Both the position numbers and the translations under genes were made by a program. From positions 1-64,000 of the forward strand of contig JBGAIQ010000017.1 of assembly GCA_044225365.1 (NCBI GenBank): DNA of 64,000 nt, written 5' to 3'. This stretch comes from Planctomycetota bacterium. GTDB lineage: Bacteria; Planctomycetota; B15-G4; JADJEK01. Of this stretch, positions 20,405 through 29,182 are shown piece after piece (the stretch's first letter is position 1; the number at the start of each line of letters is the position of its first letter). Below the pieces are notes generated by a model. It was not told the DNA's origin, ran no database searches, and saw only the letters and a program-made list of their open reading frames with translations.

Positions 20405-21043
20405 GTGAACTCAAAACCAAACGACCAGTTCAGGACGTCAACACCAGCGGAACTTGCGGCGGACCTCGAGTTCGTTCGGCGAGCTCGTGCTCGGGATGAG
20501 AAGGCTGTGGATCAGATGCTGGTTCGACTCGAATGCGTTCCACGATTCATCGCGAGCATGAATCGCAGATCGGGATCCCGCCTCGATCTCGATGAAGAGA
20601 ACGACTTGATCCAGGACGTGCTGTTCGTCGTGTGGCGAAAGCTCGATCAGTTCGCTGGCGCCTCGCGCTTCGAGAGCTGGGCGTTTCGAGTCTGTCGTCT
20701 CGAGTACTTGAATGCGTTGCGACGGAAGCGACGCAACACTGCAGCGCCCTATTCGGATACCGATCCGATCTGTGCGACGGCACGCGATGGACAGGATGGA
20801 GCCGAGGTGGCGTCACGCAGTCAGCGATCGGAGTGGATCGAAAAAAGCCTGGTACGTTTGCCCCCGGAGGAGGCGGAAGTCGTCGTGCTGAAGCATTACG
20901 AACAGCTCACCTTCGAGGCCATCGCCGCCAGGCTGCAGTGTCCCGCGAACTCCGTGAAGACTCGCTATTACCGCGCGATGAAGCGAATGAAGAACATCAT
21001 GAAGACCATGTCGTCGGGATCCGACGGGGAGGCCGAGGGATGA
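20405..21043 (+). CDS. ECF sigma-70 family factor
   Basis: Region 2 DLIQDVLFVVWRKLDQF..FESWAFRV and region 4 LTFEAIAARLQCPANSVKTRYYRA. The start is approximate. Confidence 0.88.
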   Translation: MNSKPNDQFRTSTPAELAADLEFVRRARARDEKAVDQMLVRLECVPRFIASMNRRSGSRLDLDEENDLIQDVLFVVWRKLDQFAGASRFESWAFRVCRLEYLNALRRKRRNTAAPYSDTDPICATARDGQDGAEVASRSQRSEWIEKSLVRLPPEEAEVVVLKHYEQLTFEAIAARLQCPANSVKTRYYRAMKRMKNIMKTMSSGSDGEAEG

Positions 21044-21777
21044 TTTCGCAGAATCACCAGGACCACGACGAGCTGTTGATGCGCATCGTGACCGGCGACG
21101 AGTCGCCCGAGTCTGAAGCCGCGAGGTCACTCTTCGCGAGCTGCGAGCATTGCCGCGCCGACTACGCGGAAATGAGCGCGGTTCAGGCGGCCCTCGATGA
21201 GGATGCGCTGAACGTCGAGCCTTACGAGGCAGGGCCCAAGGCGCCTTTGAGCGCATCGAATCGCAATGCGCTGGCGGCCCTGCGCGCCAGCATCGGCCCG
21301 ACCGTGAAATCCGAAGTCGCTGTACCCGACAATTCGGAGCCTCTCCGTTTCACCAAGCGCTGGGCGCTTGCTGCCGCGCTCCTCGTCGCCGCGGCCGGCG
21401 CGGCGTTCCTCGGTAAACGCTACCAACTCACGCCGAAGGAGGATGAACCTGGGCGAAGAGGCGATACACTCGGCGGCAAGCGTGAGATGGAATTCGTGTT
21501 CCCCGTCAAGGACGTGGATCGCGTGGATCATTTCACGGTAGCGTTCCGACGTGATCCCGGCTCGATCGTCTTCGTGGTTCGAGATCCGAGAACGGGAGAG
21601 ACGGTAATCAAGAGCGATCCACAGAGAAGCACGACTTGGGAGCCCGCCGAATCGAAATTGAAGTTGCTACCGGCCGAGTTCGAGTGGTCCGTCTCGATCG
21701 TCAATGCGACCGGCGATGCCGAAGAGGGTGAGAATTCGTGGTGTCACGTATCGGTAAGGGGTGGTGGAGATCACTGA
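21040..21777 (+). CDS. Putative membrane anti-sigma factor
   Basis: ATGA overlap with the sigma gene, N-terminal CEHC, one TM (WALAAALLVAAAGAAFLG) and a beta-rich C-terminal domain. Confidence 0.72.
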   Translation: MISQNHQDHDELLMRIVTGDESPESEAARSLFASCEHCRADYAEMSAVQAALDEDALNVEPYEAGPKAPLSASNRNALAALRASIGPTVKSEVAVPDNSEPLRFTKRWALAAALLVAAAGAAFLGKRYQLTPKEDEPGRRGDTLGGKREMEFVFPVKDVDRVDHFTVAFRRDPGSIVFVVRDPRTGETVIKSDPQRSTTWEPAESKLKLLPAEFEWSVSIVNATGDAEEGENSWCHVSVRGGGDH

Positions 21778-24392
21778 GCGCGGCTCTGACTCTTGCGCTC
21801 GCGCTCGATTCGAGCGCAGAGCCACCCAAGTTCCCGGTCGTCCGAGAATTCAAAGACGCGCTGAATCTACTGAACGCTGCCCGCGACGGAGATTCCGAGG
21901 CCCGGGTTCGAGTCATCGAGAGTTTCCGAAGCCTGTCGCGCGAGAGTCTCGATTCGAGCAAAGACGCCGCCGATGCGAAGAGGACTCTCTTCATGTTTGC
22001 TTGCGAGATCGACGCCGCATGGGATCCGTCCCTAGACGAGCTCGAACGTCTCGAAGTCGCGTGCTCCACCGCCCGATCGCTGGGAAACAAACCCTATATC
22101 AGCTACGCCGAGGGGAAGCTGATTGATGTCCTTCGCGTGGTGCGTGGCACGAAGGAGGCTGCGGAGAGAGCAATACGGGTGCTCGAGGAAACCGAGGGAG
22201 ATCGTTCGAGCCAGCGGGCTTTCCTCGAAGTCCTTCGAATCTCGCTGGACACGCAGATGGGGCTCTATTCGCAATCCTGGGAGAGGCTCGCGGAACTGCG
22301 CAATCACTGGGACCCCGAGGAACCTCACAGCCGCGCCGTCACCGAGACCCACATCGAGAATGCCTATGGTCAACTCGATCTCGATGTCGGAAGACCGGAC
22401 AACGCTGTCCGGCATTTCCAACGAGCCCAGGAGTGGCTCAAGCAAACGAAGCCACAGGATTGGCTCCTTCGCGCATCGAGTGGCATCTATCAGCTCAATG
22501 CCGACATCGCGACCGGTAACTTTTCGCAAGCTGTCACCGACGCGAGGGACGCCCTTTCCGACGAGAGGATCTCGAGCAGTCCCCGATTTCGCGCCGAGTA
22601 CGAATCCCGCCGCGCGCAGGCCCTTGCACTGATCGATCTCGCCGCCGACAGGACATCTCGGTCGACGATCGAAGCGCTCGACGAAGCATGCGGGTTCGCC
22701 GCTCTTGCCCAGCCCCAACGCCTAGTGACCCTTTGTTACGCGAGCGATTGGCACCGTCGCGCCGGCGAGTTCGACGAAGCGCGGGCGAAGCTCGCCGATC
22801 TCGACTCGTTCCTCGCGAAGGCCCCAGAGATGAAGACGGGAGGCACGGAGGCTCGGCGCGACGCGATCGCGGTCGAGATTGACCTTGCCGATTCGGCCGC
22901 TTCGGCGTCGCTTCCCGTTGCCGTGAAGGAACTCGAGGCGTCGTACCACTCGATGCTCGGCGAATGGGACAGCGCGCTCCACGAGGCCTCTTCGGTCGCC
23001 TTCCTGAACTACGGTGAGTCCCGCGCCTCGATCGGTTCCTTGCTTTCGGGCATCCTGCGGCTCGCGGACGATGCGAACTCACGGCGCCACTGCGTCGAGA
23101 TCCTGATGGAAGCGCAGGATCGCGGCACGCTCACGCGATACCTCCACTGCAATCCGGTGACGTTCGAACAACTGCGCGATGTCGTCGCGGCGAATCAGGG
23201 AGTGGGACTGATCTACTTGCCCGCGCCGGAACGATCGCATCTCTTCCTGATCGACGCCGACTCGATCGACCACTACGACCTTCCTGGGACGTACCGAATC
23301 GACGCGGCGCGTAATCAATTCACGCCCGCGGCGGTCCTGCGTCCGGCCGAGCGCGACAAATCCCAGGACGTGCGGGCGAGAGCGAAGGCTCTCGGCACGC
23401 TCCTCCTCCCCGACGCCGTGCTCGCTCGCCTCGCGACCGCGGGCCGGATCTCGATCGTCGGTGGAAACGTGCTCGGGTTCGTCCCCTTCGAGTTCTTGCC
23501 CGGCCAGGATTCGAAGCCCCTCTGTCTCACGCACGAGATCGTGTACCTGCCGTCCGCGAGCGTCGGCGGGATGCTCGCGAACAAGGTGCGCGAGGACGGG
23601 GCGACGTCGTACGACTTCGACTTGAAACTCGTCGACTCTCCGGTGGTATCGAGAGTCGCGCAAGAGCGATTCGACCCGGCCCCGTTGAAGCCCGATCCAG
23701 TGACGCGAAAGTGCCTCGAAGAGTACTTCGACTCCAAGCGGCTGCGCATCGTCGAAGGTGAGAGTGCGACCGTGGAGCAACTCACGAACGAGGCGAAGAT
23801 CCTCGAGATCGTCGCGCACGGCGACAGCGATCTCGACGCGCCCTTCCCGCCTTGTGTCCTATTGACCGCTTCCAGCGGATCCCCGAACGGAATCGTTCAT
23901 TGCGACGAGATCCTTGGTCGAAGGGCGTCGCCGCTCGTGATCCAGCTCTCGTGCTCGGCGAGCAAGACGGCGTCCCTGCGCGGGGAAGACGGTCTCTCGA
24001 ACTTCAGCGGCACCTGGCTCGCGAACGGCGCGCATGCCGTGATCGTCCCGAGTCGAGAGGTCGAGATCGAAGCGACTCGCCGCCTCTTCGATCTCGTCCA
24101 TGAGAATCTACGCATGAAGGGTGAGACGATCGCGCGAGCGCTGCTCGAGGCTCGCAACGCGCTCGCGCTTCGGCCCGGCTTCGAGGACCCTTACTACTAC
24201 GCGCTCATCCATCTCTACGGCTGCGGGGACGAACAGCCGTTTCCCGGCGGAAGGGCAGCCTCTCCCGCCGGGCCCGCCGGACCCCCCGACGGCCCAAAGG
24301 CGAGGAGGCCGCCCCTCTCGATCTTCGTTCTCGCCGTCGTCGTCGCGATCATCACCGCTCTCGTCGCGGGCGGTCGGCGAAGGAACGTCTGA
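21738..24392 (+). CDS. CHAT (caspase-like) domain protein with TPR-like helical region
   Basis: Helical N-terminal half; CHAT-type segments LGFVPFEFL, IVYLPSAS, EIVAHG (His), IQLSC (Cys) and DPYYYA; signal-like N-terminus and C-terminal TM. Confidence 0.82.
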   Translation: MVSRIGKGWWRSLSAALTLALALDSSAEPPKFPVVREFKDALNLLNAARDGDSEARVRVIESFRSLSRESLDSSKDAADAKRTLFMFACEIDAAWDPSLDELERLEVACSTARSLGNKPYISYAEGKLIDVLRVVRGTKEAAERAIRVLEETEGDRSSQRAFLEVLRISLDTQMGLYSQSWERLAELRNHWDPEEPHSRAVTETHIENAYGQLDLDVGRPDNAVRHFQRAQEWLKQTKPQDWLLRASSGIYQLNADIATGNFSQAVTDARDALSDERISSSPRFRAEYESRRAQALALIDLAADRTSRSTIEALDEACGFAALAQPQRLVTLCYASDWHRRAGEFDEARAKLADLDSFLAKAPEMKTGGTEARRDAIAVEIDLADSAASASLPVAVKELEASYHSMLGEWDSALHEASSVAFLNYGESRASIGSLLSGILRLADDANSRRHCVEILMEAQDRGTLTRYLHCNPVTFEQLRDVVAANQGVGLIYLPAPERSHLFLIDADSIDHYDLPGTYRIDAARNQFTPAAVLRPAERDKSQDVRARAKALGTLLLPDAVLARLATAGRISIVGGNVLGFVPFEFLPGQDSKPLCLTHEIVYLPSASVGGMLANKVREDGATSYDFDLKLVDSPVVSRVAQERFDPAPLKPDPVTRKCLEEYFDSKRLRIVEGESATVEQLTNEAKILEIVAHGDSDLDAPFPPCVLLTASSGSPNGIVHCDEILGRRASPLVIQLSCSASKTASLRGEDGLSNFSGTWLANGAHAVIVPSREVEIEATRRLFDLVHENLRMKGETIARALLEARNALALRPGFEDPYYYALIHLYGCGDEQPFPGGRAASPAGPAGPPDGPKARRPPLSIFVLAVVVAIITALVAGGRRRNV

Positions 24393-24396
24393 CCGA

Positions 24397-26190
24397 TCAG
24401 TGACCGCCGGTGTTGGCAGAGGTCACCGGCACGGAGCCCGAGCCATACGGGTCGACACCGCCGCTCGGCGACCCGCCGCCCGCAGATGAGATTTCACAGC
24501 GCATGAGACATCCCAGGAACGGCGCCGGCGCGAGCGGTCCGAACGCGAGAACGGTCGACTGCGGCACGTATGTGACCGGTGTCGTGTTGGCCTGGCCCGG
24601 CGTGGGATCGAGCAAGGCGAGCGTTGCCGCGTCGCCAGAGAAGCAATCGACGCGCGCCGGAAAAGCCTTCGTGATGTTCCCCGAGGAGTCGAGCGTCACG
24701 TAACGGGCGACCACCGTGAGGATCTGTCCCGTGAAATAGGTCGCCGAGTCCGCGTACACGTCCGCGAACCAATTGCCCCCGGAGCTGATCGCGACCAGAG
24801 TGTGCTGGACCGAATCGGAGACGTTCGTTCCGCCGAAGGACGCCTTCTGCCACACGGTGAGCTCGATGTGCGTCGCGCCGGTCGGAATCGTCGACGTGCT
24901 GTCGTTCGTCAATTCGATGCGGCCCGGCGTCGTCGGGACGGCGTCGGACGTATGGTCGGTGGGATTCAGCCAGTTGAGAGACGTCGGGTAGTGCGGGACC
25001 TGCGTCGTGTAGTCGATCCGTGGGTTGCGGAACGATCGGGCGTTGTTCGTCGGGAGGACCGGGTACATCACGTCGATGTCGGTGTCGTCGTCGAAGTCTG
25101 CGCAGATCGGGACGGCCGAGTTTCCGGGATCGGGATTCGCCGGCGTGTTCGAACGCGCCATCGTGAGCGTGCCGGGGTTCGTGGGATCGAAGGTGCGGGC
25201 GCCGCCGCCGCTCACCGAGCCCGGCGTCGAGCCGCGGTTGATCAGGACGAGCGCCTGTTGACTCGAGCGAAGGCTGAGAACCAAATCGTCACGACCGTCT
25301 CCGTCGTAGTCGCCGTTCATCGCCGTGCCGACCGTCGTCGATCCAAGGCTCAGGATCGTCTCGATGCCGGTGGAGTCGACGGTCGTCAACGTCTGGCCGG
25401 ACGTGTTCGCCGCGGGCGACACCCACGCGAGTCGATCTCGCCCGCCGAGCGACGAGTCCTTGATTGGGACGATCAGGTCGCCCGTGGTCGTGCCGCGGAA
25501 GTACGTGATGCGATTGCCCGCGAGGTCGTAGATCTCGACCCCGAGCGTCGTGAGCAGCGCGAGTTCGGGAGTCGCATCCGTGTCCCAATGCAATGGAACG
25601 ATGTCGAGGACGTCGCGCGGCGACGTGAATCCCGGGCCCGCGGTTTGGCTGGATGCGGTGAGCGACGACGCCGTCACCGTGAAGCTCGCGATCGTGCGCT
25701 TGTCCGCGCCGAGCGCGATGACGTCGTTCGCCGAACCGTCGCCTGCGAGATCCGCGACCCGAATTCGCGTCGCGTTCACGAACGCGCCCGTTCCCGCGAG
25801 CGAGTTGGTTTGGAAATGCGACGTTCCTCCGATCCACCAGAGGCCCACGACCGCGCCCGATTCGGCGAGCACGACCACGTCGCTGCCGCCCGGTGCGAGG
25901 CCGCGAAGAGTTGCGACGTCGTTCGAGAAGGTGTTGACGAGCGAAAACGACTGCCGATACGCGCTCGGTCCGAACACGGCGATCGGGATGTTGTTCTCGA
26001 GCACGATGGCATCGAGCACGCGATCCGGGTCGAGATGCGCAGCCGTCGAGTGGGTCAGCGTCGAGGCCTGGTTGATCGGGAGCGAGGTGTCGGTGGGTCC
26101 GGTACCGTCGGGCGACGGCGCGAATGCGCGTGAGATCGGGGCCACGGACGAGACGATGGCGAGCGAAGCTGCGATCCTGACGTAGTTCAT
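24397..26190 (-). CDS. Secreted FG-GAP/VCBS repeat protein
   Basis: Signal peptide; DxDxDG-type repeats (ADLAGDG, GDYDGDGRDDL, ADFDDDTDID). Confidence 0.75.
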   Translation of the reverse strand: MNYVRIAASLAIVSSVAPISRAFAPSPDGTGPTDTSLPINQASTLTHSTAAHLDPDRVLDAIVLENNIPIAVFGPSAYRQSFSLVNTFSNDVATLRGLAPGGSDVVVLAESGAVVGLWWIGGTSHFQTNSLAGTGAFVNATRIRVADLAGDGSANDVIALGADKRTIASFTVTASSLTASSQTAGPGFTSPRDVLDIVPLHWDTDATPELALLTTLGVEIYDLAGNRITYFRGTTTGDLIVPIKDSSLGGRDRLAWVSPAANTSGQTLTTVDSTGIETILSLGSTTVGTAMNGDYDGDGRDDLVLSLRSSQQALVLINRGSTPGSVSGGGARTFDPTNPGTLTMARSNTPANPDPGNSAVPICADFDDDTDIDVMYPVLPTNNARSFRNPRIDYTTQVPHYPTSLNWLNPTDHTSDAVPTTPGRIELTNDSTSTIPTGATHIELTVWQKASFGGTNVSDSVQHTLVAISSGGNWFADVYADSATYFTGQILTVVARYVTLDSSGNITKAFPARVDCFSGDAATLALLDPTPGQANTTPVTYVPQSTVLAFGPLAPAPFLGCLMRCEISSAGGGSPSGGVDPYGSGSVPVTSANTGGH

Positions 26191-26468
26191 GACGAACTCT
26201 CCGCCTTCGGGGATGGATTCGCCGCGAACACGACTTCCGCGAGCCGGAAAGTTTTGCCTTTTCAGTGAAGATGCGCGGAAAGCGGATGAACCCCCGAACC
26301 GAGCGCGTCTCGCAAACGCGTCGTCGCGAACGGTGTGATCGCTCGTATCTCCCGGTCCATTACGGAAAAACGGATCCACGAAGCGTCGAACCCGATCTGC
26401 CGTCGGGCGTCGCGAAAGTGAAAACCGAATTCGGTTCCTGCGCCCGTGGAGAACACGGGCGTCGATCC

Positions 26469-26903
26469 TCAGCGGCCGAGCGCGCGCATGAAGACGCGCC
26501 GCAACTCCATCGCGCAGCACTGGCCATCCGGCGCCGCCGTCGCACAGCGGCCCTCTCCGCGCTCGATCCTCGCAAGGAGGGCCTTCAACTCGGTCTTTTC
26601 ACCCGAATGCGCCCATTCCTCGATCGCATCGGCCGTGACGCCAAAACACGAGCAAACCGGACCCTCCGCATCCTTCGGCCACGCCACGAGCCGCAGGGAA
26701 TCCCGATTCACCCGCGAGCCATACGCATCGAAGTACGCGACTTGGCACTCGGGGTTCGAGCAGTAGAGAGGGTCGCCGTGGAAGGAAGGCGGGGAGGAGA
26801 GATTCGCCGCGACCGTCGCGAGAGAGACGGCGGACCCGAACATGCCGCAGGCGGGACAGCGGGGCTCGGGGGAGTCGGATTCCTTGATGAAAGCGCGGCT
26901 CAT
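26469..26903 (-). CDS. Cys-rich CopZ-N/BFD-like Zn and Fe-S binding protein
   Basis: CPACG, YCSNPECQVAYF, VCSCFG and C-terminal RC....PDGQCC. Confidence 0.75.
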   Translation of the reverse strand: MSRAFIKESDSPEPRCPACGMFGSAVSLATVAANLSSPPSFHGDPLYCSNPECQVAYFDAYGSRVNRDSLRLVAWPKDAEGPVCSCFGVTADAIEEWAHSGEKTELKALLARIERGEGRCATAAPDGQCCAMELRRVFMRALGR

Positions 26904-26922
26904 TAGGAGAGTGTAGCCCCGG

Positions 26923-27017
26923 CGGTCTCGGTCTCGTACGTCGGTCTCGTACGTCGGACTCGGTCTCGTACCTCGTACCTCGTGCGTCGGGTTCGTACAT
27001 CGGGCCTCGGGTTCGGG
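26923..27017. repeat. Degenerate 6-7-mer tandem micro-repeats (left arm)
   Basis: Units such as TCGTACG, TCGGTC and TCGTACC; complementary to 27545-27631. Confidence 0.8.
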
Positions 27018-27019
27018 TG

Positions 27020-27403
27020 TCACGGCGGTGGGTCGTCCGGTCGTTTCTTGGGGAATTCGACGAGCGCCAGGCGCGCGAGCATCGAGCCGAGTCGATCGAG
27101 TGGTTCGCGGGCGAAGTCGACGTCCGAGCGAGCGGCGGAATCGATGCCCTAGATCACGTCGAGGATCGCCGCGCACTCCGCTGCGGAACGCAGCGACATC
27201 CGGAAGAACCGTCGTCGCTCCAACGGTTGCGTTTCCGCGGCGCCCTCTGCCAGATTCAGAACGATCGAGATGGACGCGCGACTCGACGGGTCACTCAGTT
27301 CGCCCCGCCCTTTGGCGAGCCGCGCGAGGACGCGTTGCGCCCGCATCAAGAAGTCGATTGCGGCCTGATACGCATCGAGCCGCGTGTGAGCGAAGTAACC
27401 CAT
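27020..27403 (-). pseudogene. Four-helix bundle protein (23S rRNA IVS-type / Avd-like) with a premature TAG
   Basis: LDAYQAA, RASISIVLNLAEG and RMSLRSAAECAAILD. An in-frame TAG lies at 27149-27151; the frame then continues with the expected last helix (DRLGSMLARL) to a TGA at 27020. Confidence 0.78.
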
Positions 27404-27544
27404 GACGAACCCGCGAGCCAAATGCCTCGTTCGCTGCTGCAATGCTCGCGGACCCGGCGCGTATCACCGTTCCCCCCGATTCCGCCCGCCTTTTCCGCCA
27501 TCCCGTTCCCGCACCAAGTACGCCGTCCAATAAACGACGCACAA

Positions 27545-27631
27545 GCCCGACGCCCGACGTCCGAGTCCGATGTTCTAGCCCGACGTACGATGTACGACGT
27601 ACGACGAACGATGTCCGAGACCGACGTACGA
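27545..27631. repeat. Degenerate 6-7-mer tandem micro-repeats (right arm)
   Basis: Units CGTACGA, CCCGACG and GTCCGA; 27616-27631 is the exact reverse complement of 26934-26949. Confidence 0.8.
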
Positions 27632-27654
27632 TCCCTTCTTCCTCTTCCTCCCTC

Positions 27655-29055
27655 CTACACCGCGGCGAACCTCTCCACGGGCCCGTTCCCCAGCAGTTCT
27701 GCGAGTATCTCGCATCCGCGCTCGAGCATTTCGAACTCCCCCGGTGCGCTGAGGCTGATCCGGACCGCGTGCGGTCCTTCTCCTCTCCCCACGAGGAAGG
27801 TCTCCGCCGGCGCGACGGCGACTCCCATCTCCGCCGCGGCCTGTACGAAGTCGTGCGTGCGCCACGGGTCGGGGAGTTCGAGCCAGAGGTGAGGACTCGC
27901 TTCGCCGCATCCCTTGCTGATGTACTTGCCGAGTCGTTCGCGAGCCATGCGATTGCGTTTGCTCGTTTCCGCGCGGATGCGCGCGATGAGCTTCTTCGCC
28001 GAGCCGTCTTCGAGTGCGAGCGTCGCGATCTCGCCGGCGAGGGGCGATGCGTTGTGGGCGGTCGTCATCACGCCGTTCACGAGGGCGGGGTGCATCGTCA
28101 TCGGCGCGCGGAGGTAGCCGATGCGCAGGCTGGGCGCGAGGCATTTGCTGAGGCCGACGACGGCGAGCGTGATGTCGGGGGCGAGCGCCGCGAGCGGCGG
28201 TGGGGCGTCGGTCAGGTAGGTGGCGTAGATGTCGTCTTCGACGAGCATCACCCGATAGCGGCGAGCGACCTGGACGATTACGGCGCGCCGCTTCGCGCTC
28301 ATGCAGCGCCCCGTCGGATTCTGCACCGAGGGGACGAGGTAGAATGCCTTCGGCGCGAGCCGCCGGCACGCGTTCTCGAACGATTCGGGTGTCGCTCCCT
28401 CTTCGTCCATCGCGATCGGTTCGAGCTTGAGGTCGAGGAAGCGCGCGACGGAACGCACGCCGGGATACGTCAGCGCTTCGGTCAGCACGGTCTCGCCCGG
28501 GCGAGCGAGCGCGGACAACGCGAGCAGGACGCCGTGTTGGGCGCCGCAGGTGACGATGATCTCGTCCGCTGTCGCTGGGATGTTCAGTAATTCGAGCCAG
28601 CCGACTCCCGCTTCACGATGTCGCAGCGACCCGGCGTGGGGGCCGTATTGGAGCAACTCGTCGATATTCTCCATGCGCGGCAACTTCGTCATCGCCTTGC
28701 GCATCGTCGACTCGGCGAGGTGCACCGTGGGGAGGTTGCGGGAGAGGTCGATCGCCCCTTCGGGCCGCGCGAGCCCACGCGTGAGCAGGCGCGACGCCTG
28801 CTCGATGTCGGCGACGAACGTGCCACGGCCGACCTCGCCCGCGAGCAATCCGCGGCGCGCCGCCTCGGCGTAGCCTCGCGTCACCGTTCCCACGGTGACT
28901 CCGAGCGATTCCGCTAGCTCGCGATGGGTGGGTAGCCGCGCACCGGGCTTCAGTTTCCCGCCGCGGATATCCTCGCCGAGGACGTCCGCGAGTGCGAGAT
29001 AGAGCGGCCCGCGCTTGCCGCGGTTCTTGAAGAGGTCGGGAGTCCAGATCGTCAT
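27655..29055 (-). CDS. MocR/GabR family (GntR HTH plus PLP aminotransferase-like) transcriptional regulator
   Basis: LPTHRELAESLGVTVGTVTRGY, QNPTG, VEDDIY and GLSKCLAPSLRIGY; divergent from the pdxST-containing operon. Confidence 0.92.
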   Translation of the reverse strand: MTIWTPDLFKNRGKRGPLYLALADVLGEDIRGGKLKPGARLPTHRELAESLGVTVGTVTRGYAEAARRGLLAGEVGRGTFVADIEQASRLLTRGLARPEGAIDLSRNLPTVHLAESTMRKAMTKLPRMENIDELLQYGPHAGSLRHREAGVGWLELLNIPATADEIIVTCGAQHGVLLALSALARPGETVLTEALTYPGVRSVARFLDLKLEPIAMDEEGATPESFENACRRLAPKAFYLVPSVQNPTGRCMSAKRRAVIVQVARRYRVMLVEDDIYATYLTDAPPPLAALAPDITLAVVGLSKCLAPSLRIGYLRAPMTMHPALVNGVMTTAHNASPLAGEIATLALEDGSAKKLIARIRAETSKRNRMARERLGKYISKGCGEASPHLWLELPDPWRTHDFVQAAAEMGVAVAPAETFLVGRGEGPHAVRISLSAPGEFEMLERGCEILAELLGNGPVERFAAV

Positions 29056-29057
29056 GT

Positions 29058-29160
29058 TGTCACGGTGACATTGAGTTGCGTTGACGGGTTCAATCGATCA
29101 GCGTACTTTGCGATTGTATCGAAGCAATCGTTCACGTGACTCGAGTGTATCGAAACATTG
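29058..29160 (+). promoter_or_regulatory. Sigma70-type promoter with candidate MocR operator sites
   Basis: TTGACG (29081-29086), a 17-nt spacer, TACTTT (29104-29109); palindrome TGTCAC-G-GTGACA (29058-29070); direct repeat TGTATCGAA at 29115 and 29146. Confidence 0.6.
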
Positions 29161-29182
29161 CCCTTCGCGGCAGGGAGATTCG

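Noticed and set aside
21738-24392. Type III-E CRISPR (Craspase) or other phage-defence locus
   Set aside because: No Cas7-11, array or recognisable defence genes, and the CHAT protein appears exported. The comparison is kept only as an analogy.
26469-26903. Second selenoprotein candidate (the Cys-rich CopZ-N-like protein)
   Set aside because: The terminal motif is encoded as Cys-Cys with no in-frame UGA.
27020-27403. Diversity-generating retroelement, or pyrrolysine read-through of the TAG
   Set aside because: No reverse transcriptase or TR/VR pair and no pyl genes in the window. A nonsense mutation is the simpler explanation.
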